Shown here one piece after another: positions 51,636-63,345 of a stretch of 64,000 nt of DNA. Position numbers and translations under genes: made by a program. This DNA is from Vairimorpha necatrix (Eukaryota). The stretch spans positions 868,001-932,000 of the forward strand of contig CP142732.1 in the NCBI GenBank assembly GCA_036630325.1, written 5' to 3'. The notes beneath the pieces were generated by a model. It was not told the DNA's origin. It saw nothing but the letters and a program-made list of their open reading frames with translations, and ran no database searches. Positions within the stretch are counted from its first letter, which is position 1; each line of letters opens with the position of its first letter.

Positions 51636-52309
51636 ATGGGGTCAAAAAATCCAAAGCATAAACAAAAAACCAGAGGGAGGAATTTTAAAGGAGAAAGATC
51701 TTAAAAATTTATAAACAGGAAAAGCGAAGTATAATAAAAGATATTTTTAGAAAATTACATTAATACAAATGAGTGGAGTGTAATATTGAATATATGATGT
51801 ATAAACAATATACAATATAAAATTTTGAACAAAAATTAAGACAAAGCGAAGCTATTTATTTGTTATTGTCGATTACGAACATTTGACATTATTCAGAAAT
51901 TATTTCGAAATATTTGACAGCTAACATGGAATCAATATTGAAAAATAACACAAATATTGATCGAAATAAAAAAATATTTACTTGTATTTATTTGACATGT
52001 AATTTGTACGTATATCCACGATGTCAATTGTTCAATTTATGCATTCTATATAGATATTGTGATTGGGCTTATTAGCTATATTGGTCATATACTATTTAAA
52101 GCGATAAGCTTCCCATCTAGTGCCCTGTAGTGTCACTATTTTTTCGTCTTTGGGAGACATCCGACGGGATTATCGCCTCGAAAAAAAGTTTAGATTTGTA
52201 AATCCTCATGTACTTTCGTGATTTTCAAATCGCTTTACTATGTTATCGCACGATGAATTGTTTTTGAACTGTTTTTTTGCAATTATTCGTTAGCATTTCA
52301 AACAAGTCT

Positions 52310-53020
52310 ATCTAATTTGCTAACTTCTACATTTATTCCTATAAAATACAAATATATCGAGCTTATTATGTTTTATCTTTATGTATATTTAAGCGTTACT
52401 TGTAATCACGCGATCATTTTGATGTTCTCTGTGCCTAAAAATCTTTTTTGATTTCTTAAATCTTCAATCAAAACACAATATGAGGTGAACATATCTTTTT
52501 ATCACTTAGTTTATTGAAAAATCAGATGACACATTCGATCAATACACTTCTTATGAGATCTACAGTAAGGACATTGTCCACAGAATATATTTATATTCCA
52601 TAGAAAGCGCCCGATTGTATTTTTCTTGCCTGATAATTTCCTGTCAAACGCTAAGCGAAAAATTTGACGCTTTTTTTTCATTTTTATAAACTTTAATGAA
52701 CTTCCCACAGGACGTTCTGGTTTACATTATGTGTAAAAACTGTTTTTTAAGCTTCTGTTAGCTTTACTAGCATTTGTACTATAAACCCATTTCTTTATAA
52801 GCTCATTTATTGTGAGTAATTGCAATTTGCTCATCTCTTCTATTTTTAGCGTTGCCTCGTCAAAAAGAGCTTTTTCTATATCGATAAAAAATTTTAATGA
52901 AGAAATACGTTTTTTTACTTCTATCTTCAACGGCTTTTCAACTTTTCTCTTATCGATTTTAGTTATTACCTTTAAATTCAGGCTAAATATTGATAGACTT
53001 AATAGGTACCTATTGAACAG
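52310..53020 (-). mobile_element. Heavily decayed, internally deleted RLE-type non-LTR retrotransposon
   Basis: In order on the minus strand: LKVITKI, FIDIEKALFD (like RT motif A), NIFCGQCPYCRSHKKCID (CCHC finger), KIKHNKLDIFV (like the RLE PD motif) and LAN. Boundaries approximate. Confidence 0.6.
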
Positions 53021-54270
53021 TAAAATCGAGAACTCATAAACCTTTTGATTTGAGTTTTGTATCTACATGATAGTTTATTGCTAATATTGCATGCTTTTCG
53101 ATACTAAAATCGTATTCTTATCATTTAAATGAGTCTTGCAGCCTTTTTACTCTATCAGCAATCTCTCATATTTAAAACCAGAGTATCTTCTGTTGTACTA
53201 AGATATGTATACTCTTAGTATCTCTAGTGTCACTTCACCATGCCTGCAGTCACGACAAGTTGTCTTTTACTTTGTTTATTTATATGTAATACAACATTGA
53301 TAACTACGGTTTTCTTCTTCTACAGTTTTAACAACGTTAATCTCTGCGAGAAGTTTAAGATCTTCAATAAATATAGGTGATTTGTTAAATACACGCTTTC
53401 GTGAGTCTCTATTCTTACCTTTAAAAAATCTAGTTCAGTATTTTATACATTGAATTTACACATAGTACAAACAGAAGAGGTGCCTTGTAATATATTATTT
53501 TTTCGTACATACCGTTTTTGGTCCAAATTTACACGTGTAAAAAATTTTAATAAAAATTTATTTTTTTTTGAGAATAAGACAAAATGTCTACGCTGTCATA
53601 GAGCTACATAAAAAATAGTTCGATCTATTCAATATGATCGTAAACTTGCAAGCAAATATATAAGACATTCACGCGCTGCACCTACTTATAGATGTTTAAG
53701 ACGTATGAATTATCCCTACCAGAAGAATTAAAAATACTCGAGAATTCTTATAAACACACCAATACCGATTAAAATACTAGTCAACAGTGTACAATCAGGT
53801 ATAAAATTAGTATAATAAGTGGATATATCAATTGTGGTACCAGGGGGGTTCGTCCTGGTCACCACTAATTGTAGCCAAAATGAAAAAAGGGTATTATAGC
53901 TATCGAATCATAAGCTTAGATATTTCACATGCGTCAGAAGCGAAAATAACCACAAACTGAATGCTAAAATACCACATGGCGGCCTTATAAAAGTTATTTT
54001 TTTATTAAATAAAAAATAAAACATAAATTCACTGCACACACTAAAAAGTTTCTATTAGAATCTGAAAAAGAATTTTTACAGACGCAAGTCCGTAAAATAA
54101 TATCAAAGCTTAGCTCTCAAGTAGACATCCTCAGTACCAAAGCAGATGTACCTATTTAAGTACCCTTTTAGAGATTTAGCATAGAAAAGTTGTTCTTTTC
54201 TGGAGAAAATTAATATATCTTGTTAAAAAGTAATGTAAATTTTTTTTTTTATTTTAAAATATTTTAATTT

Positions 54271-55149
54271 TTATTCATCAGACCTTTTATTATATTTATA
54301 CGCAGCAACAGCAGCGATAAATCCAATTGCGCCACCTATTAAGACGGCATGCTTTTTTAAAAAACACTTCTTCCCACTTTTAATTTCATCTAATATTTTC
54401 ATAAATTCGTCTTCTAATGCTATCACAGACTTGTAAAGATTGTCGTCTACACTTTCTATATTTTTCTTATTAGAAATCGTGTCATAATAAACAACCAATA
54501 AAAGAAAAGGCGTCGAAGGAGGACAAGACAAAATAATTTCATAAATTTTATAAGCATCTTCCATACAGGTCACATTTCTATAAAAGAAGGTCAGAACTGA
54601 CGCCATGTAACTTAAGCTTTCATAATCTTTCAATTTGATGCCTCGTCTTTTCATCATAGCGTCAAAAACAAGATTGTATTCTTTGTACAATTTGAAGTTA
54701 TCTTTTATTAAAGGCTCATATTTCCTTATAATGACATTTGTAATTACGATTCTTACTTTTTCATACTTGTCTTTTAGAGATTTCTTTACTTTTTTGTATG
54801 TTTCATCATCAATTTCTACATTCTCAGTTTTCTCCTCAGTTTCCTTTTTTACATGCGCATAAAACTTGCCGGAATCGGGCGCAAAGTAGTAAAAAACGAA
54901 CACTGCGCAAATTTCACTCATTCCTTGAATATAAGGCACAGGAATCTCATTAAGAAGGTCTCTTAATATCCTAATTAAGAAATTTTTTTTAAATTTTTCA
55001 TTTTTATTTACACTTAAGAAATATGTTCTGTCTACATCATTGTTTATTAAAGAAATTTCGTCTGCGTCTTTTTTAATAATTTCGTAGCTTGTGCCTTCTA
55101 CTTTTGACTCGTAAGATTTTAAGATGTCTGCGAATTTTGTATTTTCCAT
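54271..55149 (-). CDS. TBC-domain Rab-GAP with C-terminal TM anchor (Gyp8/TBC1D20-like)
   Basis: INNDVDRT (IxxDxxR), YIQGMSEI (YxQ) and a C-terminal hydrophobic tail. Confidence 0.82.
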   Translation of the reverse strand: MENTKFADILKSYESKVEGTSYEIIKKDADEISLINNDVDRTYFLSVNKNEKFKKNFLIRILRDLLNEIPVPYIQGMSEICAVFVFYYFAPDSGKFYAHVKKETEEKTENVEIDDETYKKVKKSLKDKYEKVRIVITNVIIRKYEPLIKDNFKLYKEYNLVFDAMMKRRGIKLKDYESLSYMASVLTFFYRNVTCMEDAYKIYEIILSCPPSTPFLLLVVYYDTISNKKNIESVDDNLYKSVIALEDEFMKILDEIKSGKKCFLKKHAVLIGGAIGFIAAVAAYKYNKRSDE

Positions 55150-55403
55150 TGTAAAGGACAACAAATTCTTATTTATAAAAAAAAGGAGAAAGGTCAAGAT
55201 TCAACTGACCAATTAAAATTATAAGTTGTCAATTAATTACTAAATTGAAATAGATTGATATGATTTATCAATGTTTATATAGTAAATATATAATATAGAA
55301 ACTTATTAAATGAATTTTACATATTGTCAAACTAAAATAAAAACATATTATCTTTTAAAAATTAAAAAAAAAATTTCTAAAAACTAATTTAAATTTTAAA
55401 TTT

Positions 55404-57236
55404 TTATTTTTTTAGGCATTTTTTGATTTCTGCCTCAAAATATTTCTCAATTTTCACTCTTATTTTTTTAGCTGTAGGCGACAATAAATTTCCTCCATTA
55501 AATGTCTCAAACCCTTTTCTTAAAAGTACCACAGCAGAAGGAATTTCATATCTGTTCATTTTTTTATCATGTACAAGTTTGTTACCTTTCTTTATTAAAT
55601 AATCCAAAATTTCTTCTTCTTTAATTTTCTCAATCGTACAGACAACTATGGCGACTATCTTGTCATGTCCTTTAATTGTCGTAATTATTATATCTTGTAT
55701 AATATTCCCTACTAATAACATCTCAATCTTCTCTGGCTCAATATATTCTCCATGTCCTGTCTTAAATCTGTCCTTAGTTCTTCCTTCAATCTTAAATACT
55801 CCATTGTAATATCTTCCTATGTCTCCTGTTTTTAACCAATTGTCTTCTGTAAAAAGATCGTCATTTAGTTCTGGTCTTTTGAAATACCCACTGGTGACAT
55901 TATCTCCTTTAATAAGCAATTCTCCTGAATGCTTGTCATAACCGTCAACTGGTGACAATTTGATTTTACAAGACGGGTAAGGAATTCCTACATTGTCAAA
56001 TTCATTAAAATCCAACGGGCACAAAGTCGTGGCCCCCGTGGTTTCAGTCTGTCCATAGCCTTGGAAAATTCTGATCGACATGGTAGCTTGTAAAAAATAC
56101 AAAACGTCAAGGCTCAGCGAAGCAGAGCCGCACAAACAAGCACGAATTCGGCCTCCGAATTCGTCTGCTATTTTATTAAAAATCAATGTATCAAGTAACC
56201 AGCACTTTATAGTTCCATTTCTTTGATACCACATTTTAAATTTAACTGCACAATTAAAAATAAATTTTGCAAAAAAACCTCTCGTCTCAACGCCTTCTTC
56301 AATTTTCTGTTTAAATAAATTTAAAACTCTCGGTACTGCAATAATAAAAGTTGGTCTTATAATCGTATAATCTTTTTTTATTTCTTTTGGATTACCTCTA
56401 AAAAAACCTATAGACCCACCAACAGACGTAATTACAAATGTAACAAGTCTCTCCATAATATGCGCAAGTGGTAAATAAGACAAATACACTTCATCTTTAG
56501 TAACTTGGTACATTTCATTTTTAGTTTGGCCTCTAAAAAACGCGCAAATATTAGAAATAAAATTTTTATGAGTAATTTGTACACCTTTTGGTGTCCCTGA
56601 AGTGCCACTTGTGTAACAAATGGTCGCCAGATCATTTATTCCCAATTTATTAGTACGTAAATCAATTTCTTCCATTTGTATTATTTCATTAAAATAATGT
56701 ACAACAATTCCCAAATCTAAAAACTCATTTTCCCTGTCAAAATGATCATCAAAAATTATTAAATTTTTTATAAAAATTTTTTTACTATTTTTTAAAATGT
56801 CCAAAATAGCCGCAGCTTTGTCTGCTGAAGTACAACACAAAGACATTTCTGTTTCAATCATAATTAAATTTACTGCATCTGGTCCGAATGTGGAATATAA
56901 AGGACAATTTAGACAATTTGACATGTATGAAGCATATTCTGATACAACCCATTCATATCTATTTATAGAAAATATGCCTATAATTTCATTTTCTTTTACT
57001 AAAGTATTGAAAAATGTTGATAATTTTTCAATTTTATTGATAATTTCTTGATATGATTGCCATACTAATTCGTTATTAATAATTGTACCGAGAAAATTTC
57101 GGGTAGGATATTTTTGACCAATATTTAAAAGAATTTCCAAAGTGGTTTTTGAACCATCAGAAGCGCATTGGATATTTTCTAAGAAATTTGAATGAGAAAT
57201 TTCTCCGGATTTTGAAATGTTTGTTTTTTTTGACAT
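55404..57236 (-). CDS. Long-chain fatty acyl-CoA synthetase
   Basis: ICYTSGTSGTPKGV, SYLPLAHIMER, QGYGQTE and WLKTGDIG. CCCC-ATG at 57236. Confidence 0.94.
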   Translation of the reverse strand: MSKKTNISKSGEISHSNFLENIQCASDGSKTTLEILLNIGQKYPTRNFLGTIINNELVWQSYQEIINKIEKLSTFFNTLVKENEIIGIFSINRYEWVVSEYASYMSNCLNCPLYSTFGPDAVNLIMIETEMSLCCTSADKAAAILDILKNSKKIFIKNLIIFDDHFDRENEFLDLGIVVHYFNEIIQMEEIDLRTNKLGINDLATICYTSGTSGTPKGVQITHKNFISNICAFFRGQTKNEMYQVTKDEVYLSYLPLAHIMERLVTFVITSVGGSIGFFRGNPKEIKKDYTIIRPTFIIAVPRVLNLFKQKIEEGVETRGFFAKFIFNCAVKFKMWYQRNGTIKCWLLDTLIFNKIADEFGGRIRACLCGSASLSLDVLYFLQATMSIRIFQGYGQTETTGATTLCPLDFNEFDNVGIPYPSCKIKLSPVDGYDKHSGELLIKGDNVTSGYFKRPELNDDLFTEDNWLKTGDIGRYYNGVFKIEGRTKDRFKTGHGEYIEPEKIEMLLVGNIIQDIIITTIKGHDKIVAIVVCTIEKIKEEEILDYLIKKGNKLVHDKKMNRYEIPSAVVLLRKGFETFNGGNLLSPTAKKIRVKIEKYFEAEIKKCLKK

Positions 57237-57536
57237 GGGGTAAAATTTAATTGGAAATTTATAAAAGTATTTTCTCAAACTTATTGAAGATTTCATATTT
57301 TTGAAACTTGTGTTTGACAATAAAACTTAAAGAAATGGAATATTTATATGAAAGAAATGGAATAGGTTTTTAAATTCCTTTGCATTTTTTTTAAGTCTAA
57401 TTTTTTGCAAAAAATTTAAAACAACTTTTAATTGATTTGTTCTATTTTTTACTTTGTTAAAAGTTAATTGTAAAAATTTTAATGATTTTTTAAAAATTTT
57501 AAAAAGTTTTTAAATAAAAAAGTTTTTTTTTATTTG

Positions 57537-58271
57537 TTAAAATATCAGATTAACACATTCTGATAAATAAAGTCCTCTTTTAAATAAAAATGACATCTCT
57601 TTATAATATTTATCCTCAATATAAATCTTCCCATTTCCATCAACTCTAATTACTTTATTTTTATATTTGATTTCATAAATTATTTCTTGTTTAAAATTTT
57701 TCTGAAAATATTGCAAGATTTTTATCGTATAAAATTCTGCTTGATAACATTCCCCCAAATTTATTTTTAAATCCAATCTACTATGTATCCTCTCAGGAAT
57801 ATTTACAAATATTTCTTTATATTCTTGAAATTCATACCTATGTGTAAAAATATTAAAAAGATATTTGCCTTTTTTGATTGGTATATTTAGAATGTTACAA
57901 TGACTTGTGCTTTTTATACACGCACAAAATCCATTATTTGTTTTTATATCTCGTTTAAAATTAGAATTTTTTTCTAAAAAATTTAAAAAATATTTCAAGA
58001 GGTAAAAAAATTCAAAATAATTATTTTTTTCATAAAAAAATGATAAATAATATTCTACGTATTTGAAATCTTCTCCCAATTTTTCGTCTACAAAATATAT
58101 TTTTATTTTTTTATTTATGTCTAAGACGAATTGTTTACTTCCTAAGGTGTAGATTTCGGCGTCTTCGAAATATTGCATGCCTAAGTTTGAAGATATTTTT
58201 TGGAGCAATGAAAAGTTTTTTATGTTTTCGTAGTGCAATAATTTTAGCAAATTTTCGTCTGAATATTTCAT
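57537..58271 (-). CDS. Hypothetical protein, possibly divergent Mediator Med1
   Basis: Intact ORF with CCCC upstream. LQKISSNLGMQYF...TLGSKQFVLDI weakly resembles the fungal Med1 N-terminus. Confidence 0.5.
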   Translation of the reverse strand: MKYSDENLLKLLHYENIKNFSLLQKISSNLGMQYFEDAEIYTLGSKQFVLDINKKIKIYFVDEKLGEDFKYVEYYLSFFYEKNNYFEFFYLLKYFLNFLEKNSNFKRDIKTNNGFCACIKSTSHCNILNIPIKKGKYLFNIFTHRYEFQEYKEIFVNIPERIHSRLDLKINLGECYQAEFYTIKILQYFQKNFKQEIIYEIKYKNKVIRVDGNGKIYIEDKYYKEMSFLFKRGLYLSECVNLIF

Positions 58272-58853
58272 AATTTCGGGGAATAAAAAAAAAAATTTAA
58301 AAAATCAAAAAACGGAAAACACTAATCTAAAGAGCAGATAATTTTAATGCCACATTTATGTAATAAATTATCGCAATGTAACTATGTTGAATTTCTTAAA
58401 GTCATTTTGATCGGCCTCATACATGCGCCTTTTGCACACATTAAAAGTTAATCCATAAATTTTTTACTTAGCTCAAATTTTACTTTGACATTGTGGGATA
58501 TTCCTGACTAAAATTATTACAAGCTTGTCTCATTCAACACACGAGGTCACTGTTCATTTAAAGAGGTAAATCATATTTATGACGCTAATTTACTTCGTAT
58601 AATCTTGCGTCTTTGTAATTATGTCGCATCTTTTATCTTTTTTAATATTTGGTAGCATTTCAACGTGGAAATAAGTTGCACATTTATGATCTAATTTTAT
58701 TTAGAAGAAGTTTGTCTGTTTGTTGTACACGTATTGAAAGTTATAGACAATTAATAATAATTTTTATTTTAATATTAATAAATATAAATATTATGTTTTA
58801 TAATTAAACATGTCTACTCGATCAAACATTAAAATCTTTCTCTTTTTTACCCC

Positions 58854-59315
58854 ATGGCCTCTGGTAATAAAAATAAGAGACTTTTAGCAGAAGCTAGAAA
58901 TATGAGCTTAGAGCCCCCACCGGGCTGCAGCGCAGGCCCAAAAAACCCTGATGAACTTGACAAATGGGTGGCTTTTATTATGGGCCCACCAGGATCGGCC
59001 TATGAAGGCGGCATGTTTGAATTAGAAATTACATTCCCACCTGATTATCCTTTTAAACCTCCTAAAGTATATTTTAATACTAAAATATACCACTGTAATA
59101 TTTTTAATAGGGAAATATGTCTAGACATATTAAAAAACGAGTGGAGTCCTGCACTGACGATAGATAAAGTTCTTCTTAGTTTGATAGCCCTTTTACAAGA
59201 TCAAAATCCTGATGACCCGCTTTTTAGAGAGGCCGCTGATTTGTACAAGATGAACAGACAAGAATTTACTAGAAAAGCCAGAGAGTGGACAAGATTGTAC
59301 GCTGAAACTCAATAA
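58854..59315 (+). CDS. UBC4: Ubiquitin-conjugating enzyme E2, Ubc4/5 type
   Basis: [16 protein letters not shown] and catalytic [14 protein letters not shown]. Confidence 0.93.
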   Translation: MASGNKNKRLLAEARNMSLEPPPGCSAGPKNPDELDKWVAFIMGPPGSAYEGGMFELEITFPPDYPFKPPKVYFNTKIYHCNIFNREICLDILKNEWSPALTIDKVLLSLIALLQDQNPDDPLFREAADLYKMNRQEFTRKAREWTRLYAETQ

Positions 59316-59551
59316 ATACTATAAGATTTCATTTATAAGAAAACAACTGTGTATTATTTTTTTAAAATATTACTTATTATTATTAGAAACAAGGCACAAT
59401 CGCTTTAAAATATATTTATAAACTACTTTTAGGTAGTTTATTACAAAATTTCAATATTAAAAAACAACCCATTTTTTAATATTAAAAAAAAAACAAATTT
59501 TAATATTAATTTTACAAAATTTTTTAATTTTTCTTTTTAATATCCCTTTTA

Positions 59552-60544
59552 ATGTCTAATGACAATTTCGATTTTGATCTTCCTAGACTTATAAATATAA
59601 ATTACAAATATAACGACAAAAATATTGACTATTGTTTAGACGAGAGAGACAGCGAATTCATAGAAAAAATGAATATAAAAAACTTAGATCTATTCGAAAA
59701 TGTAATGGACACTCTCGACAAAGACTGGTTTAAACAGAAACAAAAAAAATTACAAAAAATAAAACTAGTTGATCCAATGGAATATTGCGACGTCTGTACT
59801 AGAAAGGAAACTGAAGATGATCCCATTTTAGTGTGCCAAGGGTGTAATGTCTCAGTCCACAGAGAATGTTATGGGTCGAGTTTCTCAAAAGATGAAATTT
59901 TTTTGTGCCAATGTTGCATTTTTCATGATTTAGAAAATATTTGTATGTTTTGTAATACAAAAGGCGGAGTCATGAAAATAACAGAAGACTACAAATTTGG
60001 ACACATTTTGTGTGTTTTATTTGATAAAAGTCTCGATTTTGATAATCAGATCTCTAAAGAACCAATTTATACACAGGAATATAAAAGAATAGAAAGAAAA
60101 TGTAATATTTGTGGCGGAACTGAGGCTACGAAGGTAGAATGTTCTTATGGTGTCTGTATGAATGTTTATCATATGGGATGTGCTATTGATAAAGCGCATT
60201 TTGATATATCAAATAAAATATCTTATTGTATGGAACATGATCCTGGAAAACGGAGAAACCTTTTTACGAGTAACTCTTCGATTTTACATGTTTACTCAGG
60301 CTACGCTAAATTGACAGAAAAGCCCGTCATAAGACGAAAGATCAAAATGATGGAATGGATTGATACAGAATATAATAAAATAATAAAAAGTGAACCAAAA
60401 ATATATAGAGATGTTTGGTCTGAAGCGACAGAAGAAAATAGAGAACTAGTAGAGAAAATATGTCAATATTGGATTTATAAACGAAAAAGAGACAAGACTT
60501 ACGGGGTGTTTTACTTGCGTCACACTTTAAATAAACAAAATTAA
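59552..60544 (+). CDS. BRPF/Nto1-like PZP (EPC-N plus PHD-zinc knuckle-PHD) protein
   Basis: DYCLDERDSEF, CDVC...CQGCNVSVHRECYG, CMFC...GGVMK, GHILC, YHMGCA, YCMEH and ICQYWIYKR. Confidence 0.88.
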   Translation: MSNDNFDFDLPRLININYKYNDKNIDYCLDERDSEFIEKMNIKNLDLFENVMDTLDKDWFKQKQKKLQKIKLVDPMEYCDVCTRKETEDDPILVCQGCNVSVHRECYGSSFSKDEIFLCQCCIFHDLENICMFCNTKGGVMKITEDYKFGHILCVLFDKSLDFDNQISKEPIYTQEYKRIERKCNICGGTEATKVECSYGVCMNVYHMGCAIDKAHFDISNKISYCMEHDPGKRRNLFTSNSSILHVYSGYAKLTEKPVIRRKIKMMEWIDTEYNKIIKSEPKIYRDVWSEATEENRELVEKICQYWIYKRKRDKTYGVFYLRHTLNKQN

Positions 60545-60746
60545 AATTTTTAATGTTTTTTAAATGTAAATTGTGTGCAATTTTTTGTTGATTTTAAACT
60601 CGATTTTGGAAACGTTTTTTTTTTTGTAAAAATTTCAATTCTCTTAAGGCGTTGATTCTTTAAAATTTTTTTCTAATTTCTAAATACTATGAGTAAGATT
60701 CTAATAACCACAATTATGAATATCAGAAAATTTTAATCCCCAAATA

Positions 60747-61277
60747 ATGTTAAATGATAAATCTGGTTCACTTCTCTTAGAAGAATGTACCACTCTAAAA
60801 AAATATCATTATAGCCTCATTCAAGACATAGAAAGTCAAATAGAATATGTTGAACAATTAATAGACGAAATAAAAGAGGCAAATGTCTTGTCAGAAGAGA
60901 CAAGTCTAAATTACGCATTTCTAAATTTTTATAAAAAAAGATGCGAACGAATCTTAGCTGCGTATTTTTACAGCAGATTTTTATTAACAAACGATCAAAA
61001 TCTCGATCTACTAAGCGAAAACGAGAGAGAAAAATGGACTATTGTCAATGAAGCAGAGATGACATATTTTGAGTCTTTTCCTGATATTGATTTTAAAATG
61101 TCTGATGACCCACCTGACCAGATTTATGTGCATATTGTGTGTCTTAAAGATTGTGGGTTGATTTATGACGATGAAGATTTGATGGAAATGGTGACTGGTA
61201 GAATATATTTTGTAAAAAAGAAGTCAGTAGAACATCTTATAAAGGAAGATAGTGTGGAAATATTAAATGATTTATGA
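60747..61277 (+). CDS. PSF1: GINS complex subunit Psf1
   Basis: KRCERILAAYFYSR, LLSENE, PPDQIYVHIVCLKDCG and VEHLI. Confidence 0.88.
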   Translation: MLNDKSGSLLLEECTTLKKYHYSLIQDIESQIEYVEQLIDEIKEANVLSEETSLNYAFLNFYKKRCERILAAYFYSRFLLTNDQNLDLLSENEREKWTIVNEAEMTYFESFPDIDFKMSDDPPDQIYVHIVCLKDCGLIYDDEDLMEMVTGRIYFVKKKSVEHLIKEDSVEILNDL

Positions 61278-61440
61278 AATTGGAAACCCCCATCTACAAA
61301 ATGATACATGTAAAAATTTTTTAGTTATAAAAAAAAAAACACCAATAAACAAATCATAAACAAAATTGTAAATAATTTAAATTATAATAACAATTTGAAA
61401 ATTTTAAAAAAAAAAGATAAAATTTCATTTTGAAAAATTT

Positions 61441-62454
61441 TTATTTTTCATTTAATATTATTTCCCCACTAAATACATGATTCATATCATACACAATTTT
61501 ATTATCTTCCCCAATCTTAGCAAACCAAGGTTTCCCTTCTAAACTTCCTTCCGCCAAATTAATTAGCCGTAAATCAATATTATCCACAAAATTTTTAAAT
61601 TCTTCATATTTCTTTTCTCTAAGCTCAATTTCATCACTGTGTTTTTTATTATAATGTATTTTAATAAACTCCTCTGATTCAAATTTCTTTTCACAATACG
61701 CGCATTTATAGACATTTTCTTCATATTTGATTATATTGCTTTTCAATATAAAATCGACATGTATATTTTTCATATATGAAAAATCCGTATAATTTTTCAA
61801 TAATTCTTTTCTTCTGCTATCTTGACTGCAGCTCTTTCCACATTTAATTATCATTTCTACGTCTGAATAATATTGTGTGTTACAATTTGCGCAGTATAAA
61901 AAGACGTCTCTTAAATTGTTTTTATTTACTTCTACTTTATAAAAAGCCGAAACTAGAGATAAAATGTCTTGATCTTCGTTTTCTCTTTCTTTAACAGTCA
62001 AATCGTCTTTCTTAATTAAAGTTACGCTGGCTCGACTATTATAAAATAGTGACTGTATTTCGTCTACTATGTCTCTTACTTCATTAAGTTCTAAAATTAT
62101 ATCGAGTTTAAAACCATTGTTATACACAGGGTAGTGACTCACGTATCCGACTATACTGGCCAATTTACTAGGATCTTCTTCTAAATCGAGATCATTAATT
62201 AAAAAATAAGAATTTTTAAAATCAAAATTCCATGTCTTCAAAACATTTTTATTTAGAAGATATTTTTGACTAAACCAAGGGAAGTCATAATTCCTATTAA
62301 AAAGATCTATAAATCTTCTTCTATAGAAGCCTTTAATGTATTCGGCGTAATTTTCCATGGGAAGAAGTTTCTGTAATTCTGATTTTGTAAGAATTTTATT
62401 CTCGTTCAAAAGGAAAAAGATGTCAATGTTTTCATGGTTTAGATTTCTTTTCAT
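61441..62454 (-). CDS. Serrate/Ars2-like RNA effector protein
   Basis: YAEYIKGF...PWFSQKY, LRDVFLYC...EMIIKCG and the C2H2 finger CAYCEKKFESEEFIKIHYNKKH. Confidence 0.75.
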   Translation of the reverse strand: MKRNLNHENIDIFFLLNENKILTKSELQKLLPMENYAEYIKGFYRRRFIDLFNRNYDFPWFSQKYLLNKNVLKTWNFDFKNSYFLINDLDLEEDPSKLASIVGYVSHYPVYNNGFKLDIILELNEVRDIVDEIQSLFYNSRASVTLIKKDDLTVKERENEDQDILSLVSAFYKVEVNKNNLRDVFLYCANCNTQYYSDVEMIIKCGKSCSQDSRRKELLKNYTDFSYMKNIHVDFILKSNIIKYEENVYKCAYCEKKFESEEFIKIHYNKKHSDEIELREKKYEEFKNFVDNIDLRLINLAEGSLEGKPWFAKIGEDNKIVYDMNHVFSGEIILNEK

Positions 62455-63236
62455 TTTGAGGGGGGTAAATTAAAAATAATTAATATTGTAACTGACAAAT
62501 TTAAAAACAAAAAAAATTATTGGATCTAAAGAAAATAAAATCAAGATATTTTATTAGTAAATGACAATAAAATTAAACTTTAACAGTTTAAAAGCTCTTT
62601 GGAGTGTTTACTAAGGACGATTAAAACAATTTATAAAAAAGATCACATGAGAAACGACCTTACCTTTTCCCGAATTTACCAAATAGCGCCAATTCGAACA
62701 TAAATTCACATAAATTAATTTAATTGATTTTTCACTATATTTATTAAACATCATTAAGTCTTGTTAAACAACTCGGAATTACTTTCACGAACAGAAATTA
62801 TTTGAGGCTTCTAATTCTTAAATAAACACTCTCTTCCTATAAATTACGCCAATTAAGTGATTAAAACAGGAAAATCATCTTCATAATACGATCGGTATCA
62901 ATACGCGTTAACACTTCATTCTTCACACAACGAGAAAATTCACCTTGTCCTGTCAAAAATATCGTCATTTTTTTATAAGAGACAAATCTTAGGGAAAGAG
63001 TTCAAATTCTTATTTAAATTGGAAAATCTTAAGACAATTGAAATCAAAATTACAAAAATTTGATTTTCATGATGTAAATAATATAATAAAATATACAAGA
63101 TATTTTATGATTTAGAAATATTTGTTAATATTGATCATTGTTATATATGATGAGAGGTGATTATCATATAAACAACAATCTTAAATTGTATAAATTAGGA
63201 TAGAAACTTTAATTATAAGAAAATTTCAAATTAATT

Positions 63237-63248
63237 TTTGGCGGGAAA
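63237..63248. promoter_or_regulatory. Candidate E2F-binding site TTTGGCGGGAAA
   Basis: Matches the E2F consensus TTTCCCGC on the minus strand, about 100 bp upstream of the RNR1 start. Confidence 0.5.
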
Positions 63249-63345
63249 TAAAGAAAACTATTTTATGCAGAGAGTTTGTTTGTTAAAACAAACAAACTAA
63301 TTTTCAAAAAAAAAACTATAAATAAAAAAAAAATCCCATAAATTT

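Noticed and set aside
52110-52260. Tc1-like HTH fragment (NIVKRFE...RRMSPKDEK) on the minus strand
   Set aside because: Too short and degenerate; no DDE domain or TIRs found.
27317-58813. Recurrent ACATGT palindrome 40-105 bp upstream of TAF6, TRM1, ING, VMA2/TAF1 and UBC4
   Set aside because: It also occurs in 3' gaps, and the count is close to chance for AT-rich DNA. A genome-wide enrichment test is needed.
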